This document shows, in pieces, positions 33,001 to 44,794 of a stretch of DNA of 51,990 nucleotides (positions are counted from its first letter, which is position 1; the number at the start of each line of letters is the position of its first letter). The notes beneath the pieces are model-generated. The model worked only from the letters and a program-made list of their open reading frames with translations. It did no database searches and was not told the origin of the DNA. The stretch comes from Klebsormidium nitens. Taxonomy: Eukaryota; Plantae; Klebsormidiophyceae. The position numbers were made by a program, and so were the translations under genes. The DNA lies in assembly GCA_000708835.1 (NCBI GenBank), contig DF237098.1, positions 1 through 51,990 on the forward strand, in the 5' to 3' direction.

Positions 33001-35169
33001 GCTGCTAGAGAAGCCCCGCGGCGCGTCTTGGTTGACAAAGTAAACACACGTTTGGGTCGAAAATCATTCGCGAAAATTTCAAAAGTTACAATATAGGAGT
33101 GTGGCTTCTGGAAACGGAGAAGGGTTTATTGGGAGTAGTCTCAGTAGAATCATCATCGCCAAACATACTTGGACTTCGTATTTGCCTGTCTGTGTGGAAA
33201 CTCATCGAACTAAGGGCAACGTCAGGGTTCCTGAACGAAAGGCTTGATCGAAGGCAAAGAATCACGCTGTAAATATCCTGACCGCCAAGTTGAACTACGT
33301 TTCGCACCGCATTGCTCTTGACGCCACCCAAGATTGGTGTCTTGGTTTCCTCCTCAACGACCAAGAGAGCAACCAAACGGCTTCGCTTAAGACCGAGGTT
33401 CCTCATAGCTTTGCTGAGTAAAGAGGCAAACTTAATTGCGACGAAAGTCCGCAGCAATTTACAAGCATCTGAACTGAGAGGTAAGAGGAACGGGTAAAAA
33501 CGGCTTGCTGTGCAACAGATGGTACGTCTTTGGGCCTGCTCCAAGTGCGCTCGTCAAGGCCGGCTGGGGTGAAAAGTTGATTATACAGACGACAGTGCGG
33601 GTTTCCAGCATCAAACGCAGATTATGGCGGAGTTTGTTAGCCTTTTCATGGAAGACTGGGCGAGACCCAAAAATGGATCTGGTGGCGTCAGCTAGAGAGG
33701 ACTGGAATCAGGGTGGGTCTTTCGGTGATCCCAACCTGTCATCATGACCTTAAACTAGATTCGGACACGCATCGGGGTCTTTTGGACAGCCTGAAGCGAT
33801 TAATTGTCCAGAATTACGATAGCAAGGCTATGCTCAATCGTAACCATAAACAGCGGGATCGTAGGAGCACGATGAGGAAATCCTACCGTCGACCTGAGGT
33901 TTCGTTGCAGATGTAGTCGGTTACGACGAATTTCTTCCACTCACACAAACAAAATCCCTGCTGATTCCCCGGTGATCTTCATGATAAAGGATGCCTCCTT
34001 CGGAAGCGAAAGAAAATCTCGAGCACGTAGACATCCGCCGTCGAAGAATGTCCCAGGCAGCGGCGGGAAAATCAAGACCAATCCGCATCCCACTGGAGAA
34101 TTCCTGATTTAAATGTCAAAGCCGCACGCCATAAGCAGCACTATCTTTTCCAAGGTATCAGTGGTAACCAGGGTCGCCAACGGGAGTCCCTGCTTCCGCT
34201 GACTAACACCGACAAGAATCATCCAAAATACTCCAACAGGCTAGGCACCTCCTGTAAGCGCCACGACGTCGATTCCGAAAAGGAAGGCGTGAATTCAGCA
34301 CTTCAGCGAAGCGCGGATTTGCAAAATGAAACATGCACTGGCTGTGTGAGCTTTGCGCGCCGGATAATCTGAGATCCAAAATCTTGGTTTCATAGAATCC
34401 AGAATCACAGTGCCATCCTTGACCAGATCTGTCCAATCGTGATACTCAACGGAAATTTCCGTTCCAATCAGACCCCAGAGCAGATAGTCCAAGGGGTTCG
34501 AACACAAGACAGGAAGCAGATCCACGGATGGCATCGATCAGGAAATCATCAACCGTCTTGAGAAGCTCCTAAGTCTTCCCAGTTAATGAGTTAGGTGTTC
34601 GTCCTTGCCCAAGAGCTGCGGTGGGTTTAGTAACCGTGTTGGCACGGGTATTTGTAAATCACAGACTCGAAAAAATCAGTGAATGGTGTTGTCCACGAGC
34701 ACGCGCAAATTGGCTTCAGAAGACTCACAACGAATGAGGTGTGACAACCCAGGTGTAGCTTCACAGCCCTTTCGATCGATCGGATGCCCCTCAGAAGTGT
34801 AAAGCCAAGCAACGAATGGCCAGTGCGCGGCTTCTGCTCCATTTCAGAAAGTGCGAAGCTTGAAGCTACTTGTGGATCGCGAGTCTTCCAATGAAAGATG
34901 GGCGATGGACTACTTCTCAAATATCCATGCATGCAAGAAGTTCGCAAATCGCCCGTCTTGGATTAAATTCGCAAATGTCCAAGACGATAGATACTCCAAT
35001 AAAGATGCGAAGAGTTTGAGCTAAGGTCTTTGACTGAAAGAAGGATCCGAAAGCAGGTTCAGCCATGCAAGCAGCTAGTGGAAAGACGGATGCATGAAGG
35101 AGAAGAAGGACCGAGGAGAACTATTCTTTTCATACTTATACATCTGGCCGGCATACAACCAAAACTCAA

Positions 35170-35420
35170 AACCTCAACAAAGCAAAAAACACTTTTGGGC
35201 TGTACAAAGCAGCCGTCCTCACGGCGTGAAATTTCATTCAGGAGCAAACGCAACGCAACCAGGAGAAGCCTGGCCGGAGCTCTGCAGCTGGGATTCCTGT
35301 TCGTCAAAGTGGCACTCAGTATTTGGCTCGGGAACGTGGCTGGGAGTTACGTCCCCAAAATTCGCGATCATGGCCGATGAAGGTCCAGAAAGCAACCTGG
35401 CCCTATATGTTCGCACACCT
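35170..35420. repeat. Diverged copy of the dispersed degenerate coding-like module
   Basis: aaagtggcactcag...gctgggagttacgtccccaaaattcgcgatcatggcc matches aaattggcactcag...gctggaaactatgttcccacgagttaccgtcatggcc near 48366-48438. Confidence 0.55.
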
Positions 35421-36519
35421 AGACGCTTTACCAAGATCGATACTATAAGAATGGTGGATACAGAAAGGCATACAAGCAAGTGAACATTTCAGCAGTGTCG
35501 TTATACTAGGCTCTGACAACAGTCCCAGCTATAATTGAAGTCCGAAAGAACGGAGCAAGTCTACCTGGATTGTCGGTAGACAGTTCGGCAAACGCAGACG
35601 AAGACGAAGGACGTGGAACAACGCAACCATTTGTCAAGGCCGAACAAGCCTTTTTTAATCAGCCTTCAATTACGCATCTGGCTCCCATCGCATGCTCCCG
35701 AAATATGAAGGACGAAAGAAACAGGAAACGCTGAAGGAAGGGTAAGAGTACAACTGGCATCGGGAAGAAGTATATAACCGGTGGGCGTTCGAAAAGCACC
35801 ACGCCTTTCAGAATTTTGATCCTCATGCTGCGCGACTGAGCAGGACGTCGTCTACTAGTAAGTACAAGCCCTGCGGAAAGAAAGAGTCCGCGAAGGAGGC
35901 ATGAAAGACAGCATACTTAGGCGCAGAAAGCGCTTTGGACTCAGTCCGGACTGCCTTGCCTCCTCACGCTGAGATCTGGGACCAATCTCGCTGGTCGTTA
36001 CCAAACAAAGGACTTGCGTCTTTGAAAGCAAAAGCCTCGCGGCAGGAACGAACAAGTAGAATTGCATTCATCCTGACGAGAATACAGAACTATGTCCGGC
36101 AAAAAGGAAGCAAGAGAGAAAGGGAGCGCCGCATCTTGAAACGACGCGCAAATGGCCTCATCCAGAAGAGATGGATCTTTTAGTGGGCCTTTCAAGTTGG
36201 TCCCATGCTCTGAGTCTTCCTCGCCGCTAGCGGGTTGTGAGGGGGAAAACGAATCGAGCCTACCTTCTAAGCACCCGTCAAAAGTTGGAGATCACAGGCT
36301 CAAAAATAAAAGTTGATTGCCCTAGATTGATCGCCCACCGGCGTTTCAAAGTACTGCATCCCTACCTTTCACCTGTGCTCGTAATCCAGCTTTCGTGGAA
36401 AGAAGCGCCCAAACAATCTATTCACAATTCTTTGTGGACGCTAAGGACCAGTCAAAACAAGCGCCACAGCAGTACCATATGTCAAAGGAGGATGAATGTA
36501 TCGAAAGACAGGCTCGTCA

Positions 36520-37055
36520 TGTGAGCCTGACGCGAGCACAGTCCTTTTAGCACACCCATCAGGATAGCATCAAAGTGAGAAAAAGGGAATCAGTTGTTAG
36601 CGATGAATGGCTTCTGACAGGAACGTCCTGAGCTAGTACCTCAGAACTTCGGCATGGCCAAGTAGAACGCATCTCTTCAGGGACATCTTAGCTCTGCAAC
36701 ATACGTGGGAGGCGCAACGCTAGAATAACTGTGGAGACGGCTTGAACATGTAATGTCTGGTAGACTTCCGTTCAGAAACAGCTTTGATGCACGAGCCTTG
36801 TTAAATGGCGTTCCGCGAGCGCCTGACAAGAGGTGGGTTATTCGTCCCACGGCATCGCGTCATGGCCAAATGCTCTTTCACCAGATCGAGAAAATGTCAC
36901 ACGAAAATTGCGAAATTTCCCACTGAAGATAGTTTTAAGCACATCGGGATGGCTGAGAGCAACCAAGCGGATCGCATCGAGAAGACGTCCGAGCGAGGGA
37001 TGCGAACGGGCCCCTTGTCCCAGGATTATGACATAGCCAAGTGCTCGTGCTACGT
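36520..37055. repeat. Diverged direct repeat paired with 40404-40910
   Basis: Colinear anchors tgtgagcctgac, tggagacggcttgaaca, gcca.atgctc.tt.accaga and gggccc..tgtcccagg...catagccaagtgctcg at offsets of ~3.86-3.88 kb. Confidence 0.75.
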
Positions 37056-37869
37056 TACAACAGATTACTACGCTATCATATTCGTTCGAAAACACGCGCG
37101 AGCGGGATCGAGATGTTGAATCGTAGCGGCCGGCCTCACATAGGTCTACATCAGTGCTGATCAAAGCCGCGCCTTTGCAATGTTCATGCAGTTAACCTCG
37201 GCCTGCATCCCGAATAAAAGTCCCGCAAGGGATGGGCCCTTTCCGTCATTTTTCCCTGTGTTTCACGTGCACAACATACGAAAACATGAGACTACAAGCT
37301 GTAAGTGAGAACGGAGGTGATCACGGAAAAGGTCGACGGTGAATCTTTTCTGTGCGTCTTCAAGAGCTACTACGGATGAGACTCCAGACAAGAAGGCTTC
37401 GATTGCCACAAGTAGCTCTGAACAGCAGCTCAAAAAAGGCGACCACAGCAACTCGAAGGGAGCTTAGTATAGGGTCTCGAAGCAGCACGAGCGAACTATG
37501 TTTTTCAGCAACCATCGAAGCAAGCGTACGAGCACGATCTATTCAGAGAGGAAGAAGCGCCGCGCGGCACCGGGAAGCAGCACATCCGCGTCGTATTCTA
37601 GCTTAGTTCCTCTTTGATTCAGGTTTTTAGCGGGATATGTACCAAAGCATGCGCACTGCCTTATTTCCAACGGGTTCCAACTTGAAGCGGTCATCAATAC
37701 AGTAGGTTCCGACAACAGGAGACTTTGATATGCTCAACCGAGACAAGATTTCTGCCGAGAGAAAACAGGCACCTCCCCACAGGCCCACGAAGCACTGAGC
37801 CGTGAAGCTTCCAGCGGGAAGATAAAGAGGACCAGACCGCATGATTCGAGCGGCTCTCCGGAATTTCCA

Positions 37870-38330
37870 CTGCGGCCCTGACGTGGGCATGTATCCCAAC
37901 TTTGAATCGTCACAGCCACACTTTGAAGAAGAGGGCAGCAGTCCGAAATGGTGAAAACATGCACGGATAGACCTGTACATGGTTGTCCGCAGTCTCAGAA
38001 TGCTCTATCTTGGACAAGAGTATGGAGCCAAGACGACTCGATGCGAACAGTACAAGGACGTGGTCTCTTCTAACCTGCAGACGCGTTGTAGAAGAACTTC
38101 AAGAACTGGCTTACCGCAACGTACAAGAGGGGGAAGTTCCATCTGAAGTAAAGTACATCAACAAATCGGCACTCAGAAGACTGGACCGCACAGCATGGAG
38201 TGGAAACAATTATCCCACTGATTACCTTCATGGCCAGTCAAAATCTTACGAAGCAAAGCTTGCTGCGAATCCCCACTTGAATTAACCGCTGTTTAGAAGA
38301 CTGACAATTAGCGGAAACGGGGAGACTGAA
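37870..38330. repeat. Dispersed degenerate coding-like module (copy)
   Basis: Colinear anchors gacgtgggcatg, gag.c..gagac..ct.gatg.g..cag, a.ggcactcaga, tcatg.ccagtca...c...a.gaagc.aa and gctgt..agaagactga, shared with 38925-39345 and/or 48075-48530. Confidence 0.8.
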
Positions 38331-38924
38331 TCTCTAGCAGAACAAGAGAAGTTTTATACTTATCAACACGCCGACGAGATCCTGCGTAATTTGGAATCAA
38401 CGGACAAACCTTACGAGGTCCAAGAGATTCATCAAGATTGTACTAGGATCAGTCGCAGATGTAAGAGAGATCAATGATCAGGAACGCATAGATCTTCTTT
38501 ATAAGAACTGTACATGTGGGCTCGAGCCGTGCCTTTGCCAGGCTGGAACAACTTAGAAGATGTGCAGAATAATAACCACACGTCCATTGTACTAAATCCT
38601 GCTCTCAAGCCTTCAATGCACAAAGCTGTGAAGCTAAAACAGCGTAGGACAAGCAAATCTCGAACGCGGCCCAATCACTAGCTTCAGCGAAATCCGGATA
38701 TCCCCAAATCTGGGGGCGGCATCCCCATACCCAGCCTCCTAGCCTGCCCGAGCAAGATTGTCCGAGATAAACAAGCCTCGATGCACGAAGTCACGTTACT
38801 TGTGCAGGCTGGCAACGTGCAATTATAGGCAACCTGCCAGCTGCTTAAGAGCAAGGGGTCAAATAACGGGAAGTGAACGGGAAGTGAGCTTTGCTTTCGA
38901 CAAGAGGCTTCCGTAACCTTTGAA

Positions 38925-39345
38925 GGAGTCCCTTGGACGTGGGCATGCAGCCCCCTGTGAATCGTCAAAGCCCAAAGGAGAGGGTAGCGGTTCAAGTTTG
39001 AAAGGGCCAAGAATCGCACCAAAAGACCGGTATCAGGCCGTTCTCAAGCTTTTCGGGCCTAGAGGAGTATTCAGAGCACGAGACAACTTGATGTGGACAG
39101 GACAAGAAGCTGTCCCTTGTGAGGTGCGGACGCGTCAGGCTGGAGAAGAACAAGTCCGAGGCAAACTGTAAGGGAAGGAACTCTCACACAACAATTACTC
39201 ACAAGACATTCCAAAAGATAGATGGGAATACCGCTTCCCGCTTGTTGCTGTCATGACCAGTCAGAGTCCCAAGAAGCAAAACTCGCTAACACAATCTGAT
39301 CGAAACGCTGTCCAGAAGACTGATCTGGGAACCGGAGAGTGCCTT
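38925..39345. repeat. Dispersed degenerate coding-like module (copy)
   Basis: Anchors shared with 37870-38330 and 48075-48530 (ggacgtgggcatgca, gtgcggacgc, gtcatgaccagtca). Confidence 0.8.
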
Positions 39346-39421
39346 CTGTCCAATGAAAAGGGGGAATGACGAGCGAGTCGTTCAACCTTCTGGTTTATTA
39401 TCTAGCCGCGTCAGTCTATGT

Positions 39422-40303
39422 CTAAAAATGTATCAGACCAATCCTTGCCCTTGAGCAATCAAGATGGGTAAGCGGGTTACTGGAATGGAAGAGGAAGGAA
39501 GACTGAAGCAAGTTCTCAAAGGACGCCTCTAACAAAGCCGTCAACAACACATCCATCTCGTAACTTTTGGTATACAATCGGCGGGCAGAAAGCTTGGAAA
39601 AGTGCAAAAACGATTGTGCACATATGTGCATGTCGGCGGCTGGAGATAGCAGAAAGTAAGCCGGGGCCATCTCCACACCATCGCAATTAGGCCCGAATCT
39701 GTGAATTGAACGCCAATCTACTGTGCAGGTACTGTCTTTTAATGAGTCGAGGCGATGCTGAAGTTGTCTCAAAGTGGAGACACCCAGAGGTGTGTCTCCT
39801 AAAGAAGCCACTATCATATGGGGCTTCTTTACGCTGGTGTTGGTCTCAGATTTAATCTTCATGACCAGAAAAGGAGGGCGCTTCTGGGCGCAATTGAGTG
39901 GGAGCACGCGCGCACAAACACGTATAATGCGTTCATACTGCAGAAGTTGACTGTGCGGAAAAGCATGAACAGGTGAATGGAGCGCGCACAAAGTTGAGAC
40001 TGAAAACGTGCACCTGGCATCAAACCCACCTGAGTGGGCCTTGGGCAATGATTGGTCCCAGTGAGGTGTTTTGCCTCGCCGTTAGCGTCTTTCTCAAAGG
40101 AACCCAACTTTTATCTTCTGCATTGGAGGCGAAGAGCTGTGGAGACAGCTCGCTCGAGAATGAAGTGCCAGAAGTGAGAGGCACCGGGCTTTGAGAGCTA
40201 TGTGCCACTGCCTGTTGCCCCAGAAATGTGCACAAATCACATCTTCTTGTACCAAAATGGCACCAGGATGATGTTTACAGAAGCGCCGTCCATTCTCGCA
40301 CAC
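39422..40303 (-). pseudogene. Possible decayed F-box/LRR-like relic
   Basis: A 208-aa open frame ends in LRR-like SFENLLQ...NPLTHLDCSR, and an upstream fragment RQWHIALKARCLSL resembles the end of an F-box. Resemblance is weak and judged by eye. Confidence 0.25.
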
Positions 40304-40403
40304 GATATATTTCAGACACGAAGCACCGACTCAAACAGGTACGAAAGCTTTCTGTGTGTCTAGGGATGAACGCAATCAGATTGAATCAGAGTACAGGCAA
40401 ATG

Positions 40404-40910
40404 TTGTGAGCCTGACACGCAAAATTCATTAGGCAGATTCCTAGCTTCAGACTGGGGGGATGGAGATCCAGTGAAGCGGTGAGTGGCGTCCCATAACAAG
40501 CGAAAAGGAATCATCAATCCCTCAAAACATCGTCACCGCCAAACACTGGAACTGTTATATTGGCAAGATCCTATTTCGGGAGTGTTGATAGAGTCAACGC
40601 GATCATTTTGGAGACGGCTTGAACAAAGAATTTCTACTAGAATGTTCCACTCGACGCACCGAGTTTAATGCAGAAAAGGAGTTGGCTTTCCGCTCCGTTC
40701 GAAATGGTCTTCGACGTTTGAAGTCTTCTCCCACTGGTTCCAGATTGGAGTCCTAGCCACATGCTCGTTTACCAGAAGCCAATTGCGAAGCTGCAGATTC
40801 ACCCACCTACGCAAGGAAAAACAGTCAAGACAAAGCGCTTGGCATCAACCTGTCAAACCGTATTGGGCCCTCTGTCCCAGGTCATTGTCATAGCCAAGTG
40901 CTCGGCGCTA
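40404..40910. repeat. Diverged direct repeat paired with 36520-37055
   Basis: Same colinear anchors as 36520-37055. Confidence 0.75.
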
Positions 40911-42779
40911 CATCATGGGAAGTTTTGTGCGCAGTGACTGCAACTCCTCCAATCTACGCAACCACAAACAGAGACGAAAGCGGCCGGGATCAACAGGTGC
41001 AAAGCAGCGCCAATCAGAGCCGCATTTGGGCAGTTCTCGACGTCGATCTGAAGCTCTCAACCAATGCACGGCAAGAGATGGGCCGCTTCTGAGGTTCGTG
41101 AGTTATCCCGTTTTCCCGTGTATCTACGGATGCTCGAGCACAAGCCAAAAGTGGGCCCCCGCGCGCCGGAGCAGATCACAAACATGACACAGGATGTTGA
41201 GACTTTCTGTGTAAACAATGATATCCTGCGCACGGTGGCGCTCAAAGCTAGACGGCTTCCATTGCTACTAGTATCTCTAGTTTGAAGACGCTGAAGAGAA
41301 GGATCAATGAGTAGCTTTCGAAGGGCCGGAGCTCAGCATTGGATGGAAACAGCAGCGAGAAGAACGAAGGGCCCGGATGGATAAGTGTGAATTGCAGGCT
41401 TGTGCAATGGGCCAACTTGGAAACGGTGGACTTGATCCCCAACTGGTCGTCAGAGCCGGAGAGGATTTTGATTGGGTGCCAAATTAATCAATGACTGGTT
41501 TGCTTGACTTGAGCAGAATATGTAGCGCGAAAAGTCTGCTCAACTTTTCATATCAGATTTCACAGCGGCCAGCCTTGACGTTATTACCCCGAAAGTGGAT
41601 TTCAAGGCGTCAGGCGCATGCAACCGACGAACAACAACGTGGAGTCAAAACCCCAATCGGTCGTCACGGCCATGGAGACGACACAGCCAAACATCATTGG
41701 ATCTGGCGCCCGTTAAGAAACCAACAGATACGAAGGCTTCCCTCAAAGATCACTGTTGCGGGAAAACGTAAGATTTGAAAGACGTTCAGTGCTGAGAAAC
41801 CAGGTTGAAGATCAACATTATAATCGAGGTCGATATGTGATGGATTGGGAAAGGAAAATTTTTAGAGCAATGGTTGAAATCTTCGAAACGACATGTTTGT
41901 TTCCGCAAGCACGAAAACGTACTCGAGCACTTCAAGCTTACCTTCAACAGAAAAGGTGCCATTTGGCAGCGGAACAAGCAGATTTGACTATCAAATCGCT
42001 GATTGAGGCCAAAGTGTTGAATCTGCAAATGAAAACCGTGAACTGCGTTGTTCCGGGTGAAAAGTTCTGACTTCGAAAATATTCCATCAGTCAGCGAAGA
42101 GTCTCAAGGCTCCCTGGCTTCCAAAGTCAGGAGAAAAGCCATCTGCCCACAGTGCAAGAACGAATCGAAACAGGGCCCGTGCGTGAAAGCGAAAGGCGCA
42201 TTGATGAAATATTCGGCCGCATGCAAGACAACTATGGTCAAAAACTTCCATACCGGTATATTTAGGTGGTCTTCATTGTCTCTGCTAAGGTCCTGATAGC
42301 AAGGCTTCTGTTTGGCACGGGAGTCTGGAGCTCGACTTAGTAACAAGTCGCAGCCAAACGCTGCCACGTGACACAATGTGGAGCTGCTGCCCGCCAAGAT
42401 CCAGAACCTGGAGGTGACACGTGCCAGGAGTACAGTCCCCGCCCGCCTTTCTGGACGAAGAGGGCTTCGCGACTCGCTGTGGGTTGGTACAATCTGGATT
42501 GGCTCTCAAAGCGCTGCTTGTGCGTCGTTTTCGAGCTTCGACTCGTTCTGCCCACGAAGGCTGTGAAGTCAAACCTGGGCCGACGCTCCAAATCAAAGTT
42601 CCAGAACATATCTGGAGCCATTGAGCGTGTCCAAGGCTAATGCGGGGCTTTCTTGAAGCTGATTGATTGTTGCGGGGAAGCGGAAGGGGGCTCAGAGAAC
42701 ACGAAAAAGAGGAGGAGGTACACGTTTTGTGAGTTTCTCTTGAAAATCAGTCATCAGAACATTGGTGACAAGTTAACCC

Positions 42780-43422
42780 TAAAAGGGGGCTGCCGGTTTG
42801 CTAGGAAGTTGGCCCAGTCTCATTGGAGCAGCCACAATCTTGATGATGAACACGCACAAGACCGAGAGAATTGAAGAAGTGTCTCGATGGAGAAAGTTTG
42901 ACAGGACGCTTTCGACTGCCGCTGGTGTAAGGTAGTCAAACTTGGATGCCATCCTAATGCAAGACATGTTGGGACTCAGTTCCAATATGGTACAGCTCAC
43001 TGCCAGAGCGTAACTCTGATCTCAGAAGTACAGGGAAAACGGCGATAGAAACGGAGGTATCCTATCGCAAAAAGTTCGGGAGACAAAAGAAAACGTATAG
43101 GGCAAAGTGGCAGCCTATCTTGAATACATGGCGTCAGAACCAGAAGGAAGGACTGGGCTTTGAGGTCCCAGACCGTCGTCAAAGCCAGGGCATGACTAGA
43201 TACCACCGTAAAGCTGCGCTACTCGAAAGAGCGAACCCATAGCGGAGGGGCGAAAGACGAAGAGGGACCAAAGGACCACGTTTTGACGCAGCCAGCTTCA
43301 AGCACAGTCATATTAGAAACCACCACCCACGGAACGGAAGCTTTCCAATCAGACATGTTGCCTGATGAAAACCGTCTGAAAACGTCACTCAGTGAAGTTT
43401 GCGGGAAGCAGTCGGTTATCAC
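42780..43422 (-). pseudogene. Possible decayed F-box/LRR-like relic
   Basis: Fragments DCFPQTSLSDVFRRF...LEAGCVKTWSF, RRFPCTSEIRVTLW, HPSLTTL and YLTPAAVESVLSNF recall, in order, fragments of the 741-1703 pseudogene (VAEAGALEWKF, KFEIRVYLC, VPSLTH, IPAAWETL). Confidence 0.35.
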
Positions 43423-44469
43423 AGAACCCTTTGTGGAGTCTTCACGTCAGAGGGCATCACAAAACCGCAGCAGCACTTACCAGGGTGAAGGAAGAAGCAA
43501 CGGATGAACACCGGTTCACGTGCGAGCCACTATTCCAGGTCTGAGAGCTCGCTGACAGCTCTTCTATGAAAATCAGGTGTCGAGAAAGGTTGGAAGCACC
43601 TATGACCACAAAAGAGCTTCTCCAGAAAGCAGGAAAACGAAGACTGCAAAGATATTACCACGTGGTACACTGAAGCGCAGTCAGAACGATGGTCGGAAAG
43701 CAGATTCGCTGACCAACTCCAACATTATGTGACGTACGATGCTTACTGAGAGCGCAGATGCAACGGGTCCTGTTCCAGTCAACCGCCTATAGTTCAGCTG
43801 CTTCGAATGGAAGAGGGTAGTTGCACTAAAGAAGCCGAGAACAGGAGAAACTGAAGCACGAGAGTGTTGGCTCCTAGACCTGAGCACTGTGTGAGATAGG
43901 CTGCGTTCCCACTTGCATCATAGCCACATCGAGAACGGTGGTCCCCCCGCCTGAGAAGAATGGCACCTATCCGGGAGAGGCTGAGGGGCATGTTGAATCA
44001 ACCGTTGCACTTCAAAAAGCAAACCTCCTGGCGCCAGTGTCAAGCTAATCCTGGCGCAGCCCCACTGGTGACTCCGTGAGCAAACGAGCGGCTTCACTTG
44101 CTGACAAATCCCCTTGAGAAAAGGCTGAGGTATATACTGAAGAAGGGCTGTGATCAAGCGGAATGGTATTGGTGTGGTCGTGTAAAGATCACGAGAACTA
44201 GATAGCTGGTTGGTTAAAAAGGTGAATCTAACGGCTAGCTTCAGCAGCGAGCTACTTAGGCACGCTGAACTATTCCTTCTTTCTTTGTCGTACCAGGCTC
44301 AAACACACGTCGCAAATTCGCTCCAAAAGGTAGACGACTGACGACATGACCTGTGCAGCGCACGGAAGGTGGCCGGAGTATGACAGTATCTCCAAGCAAC
44401 GAAGCACGACCAAAAAGTACATGTCATGGCTTCTGCTCGCCAGAAAAAGTGACAGCATGGGCTTCAATT

Positions 44470-44794
44470 CCCCAGCCTACTCGTCATAGCCATCGGTCAG
44501 CGAAGACGGACACAAGAATTGGTAATGACCGACTGGTGCAGCTGTCGAGTGTGCATTGGCACCTTTCGCGAACGAAATCGTGATGACACATGTATGCATC
44601 TAGTTGACGTCAGCGTTTGTCGCATACCTTTCAAAAACTGAAAGAACCTTCTCCACCGACGTAGAAAGGCAGATTGACTTGAGTCCCATGTCGGCAAGCT
44701 TTTCTGCAAAGACCTTGGGTGCGCACGAGCGGAGAAATATGTCGACCACGTACATAGCCAAAGAGGATGTCCACGTGGCAGCAGAAGCCAGCAA
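44470..44794 (-). pseudogene. Possible decayed F-box-like relic
   Basis: TSSLAMYVVDIFLRSCAPK resembles FSSLDDSVVIKIFKLLGEPK. The same frame continues through stops to a GYD motif like that of the dispersed module. Confidence 0.3.

Noticed and set aside
35361-35420. FAIMADE...LALYVR as a hAT transposase catalytic motif
   Set aside because: The DNA aligns with the dispersed module (ggcactcag...tcatggcc). The other copies read VMAS/FMAS/VMTS, so the DE is not conserved, and no other hAT motifs are nearby.
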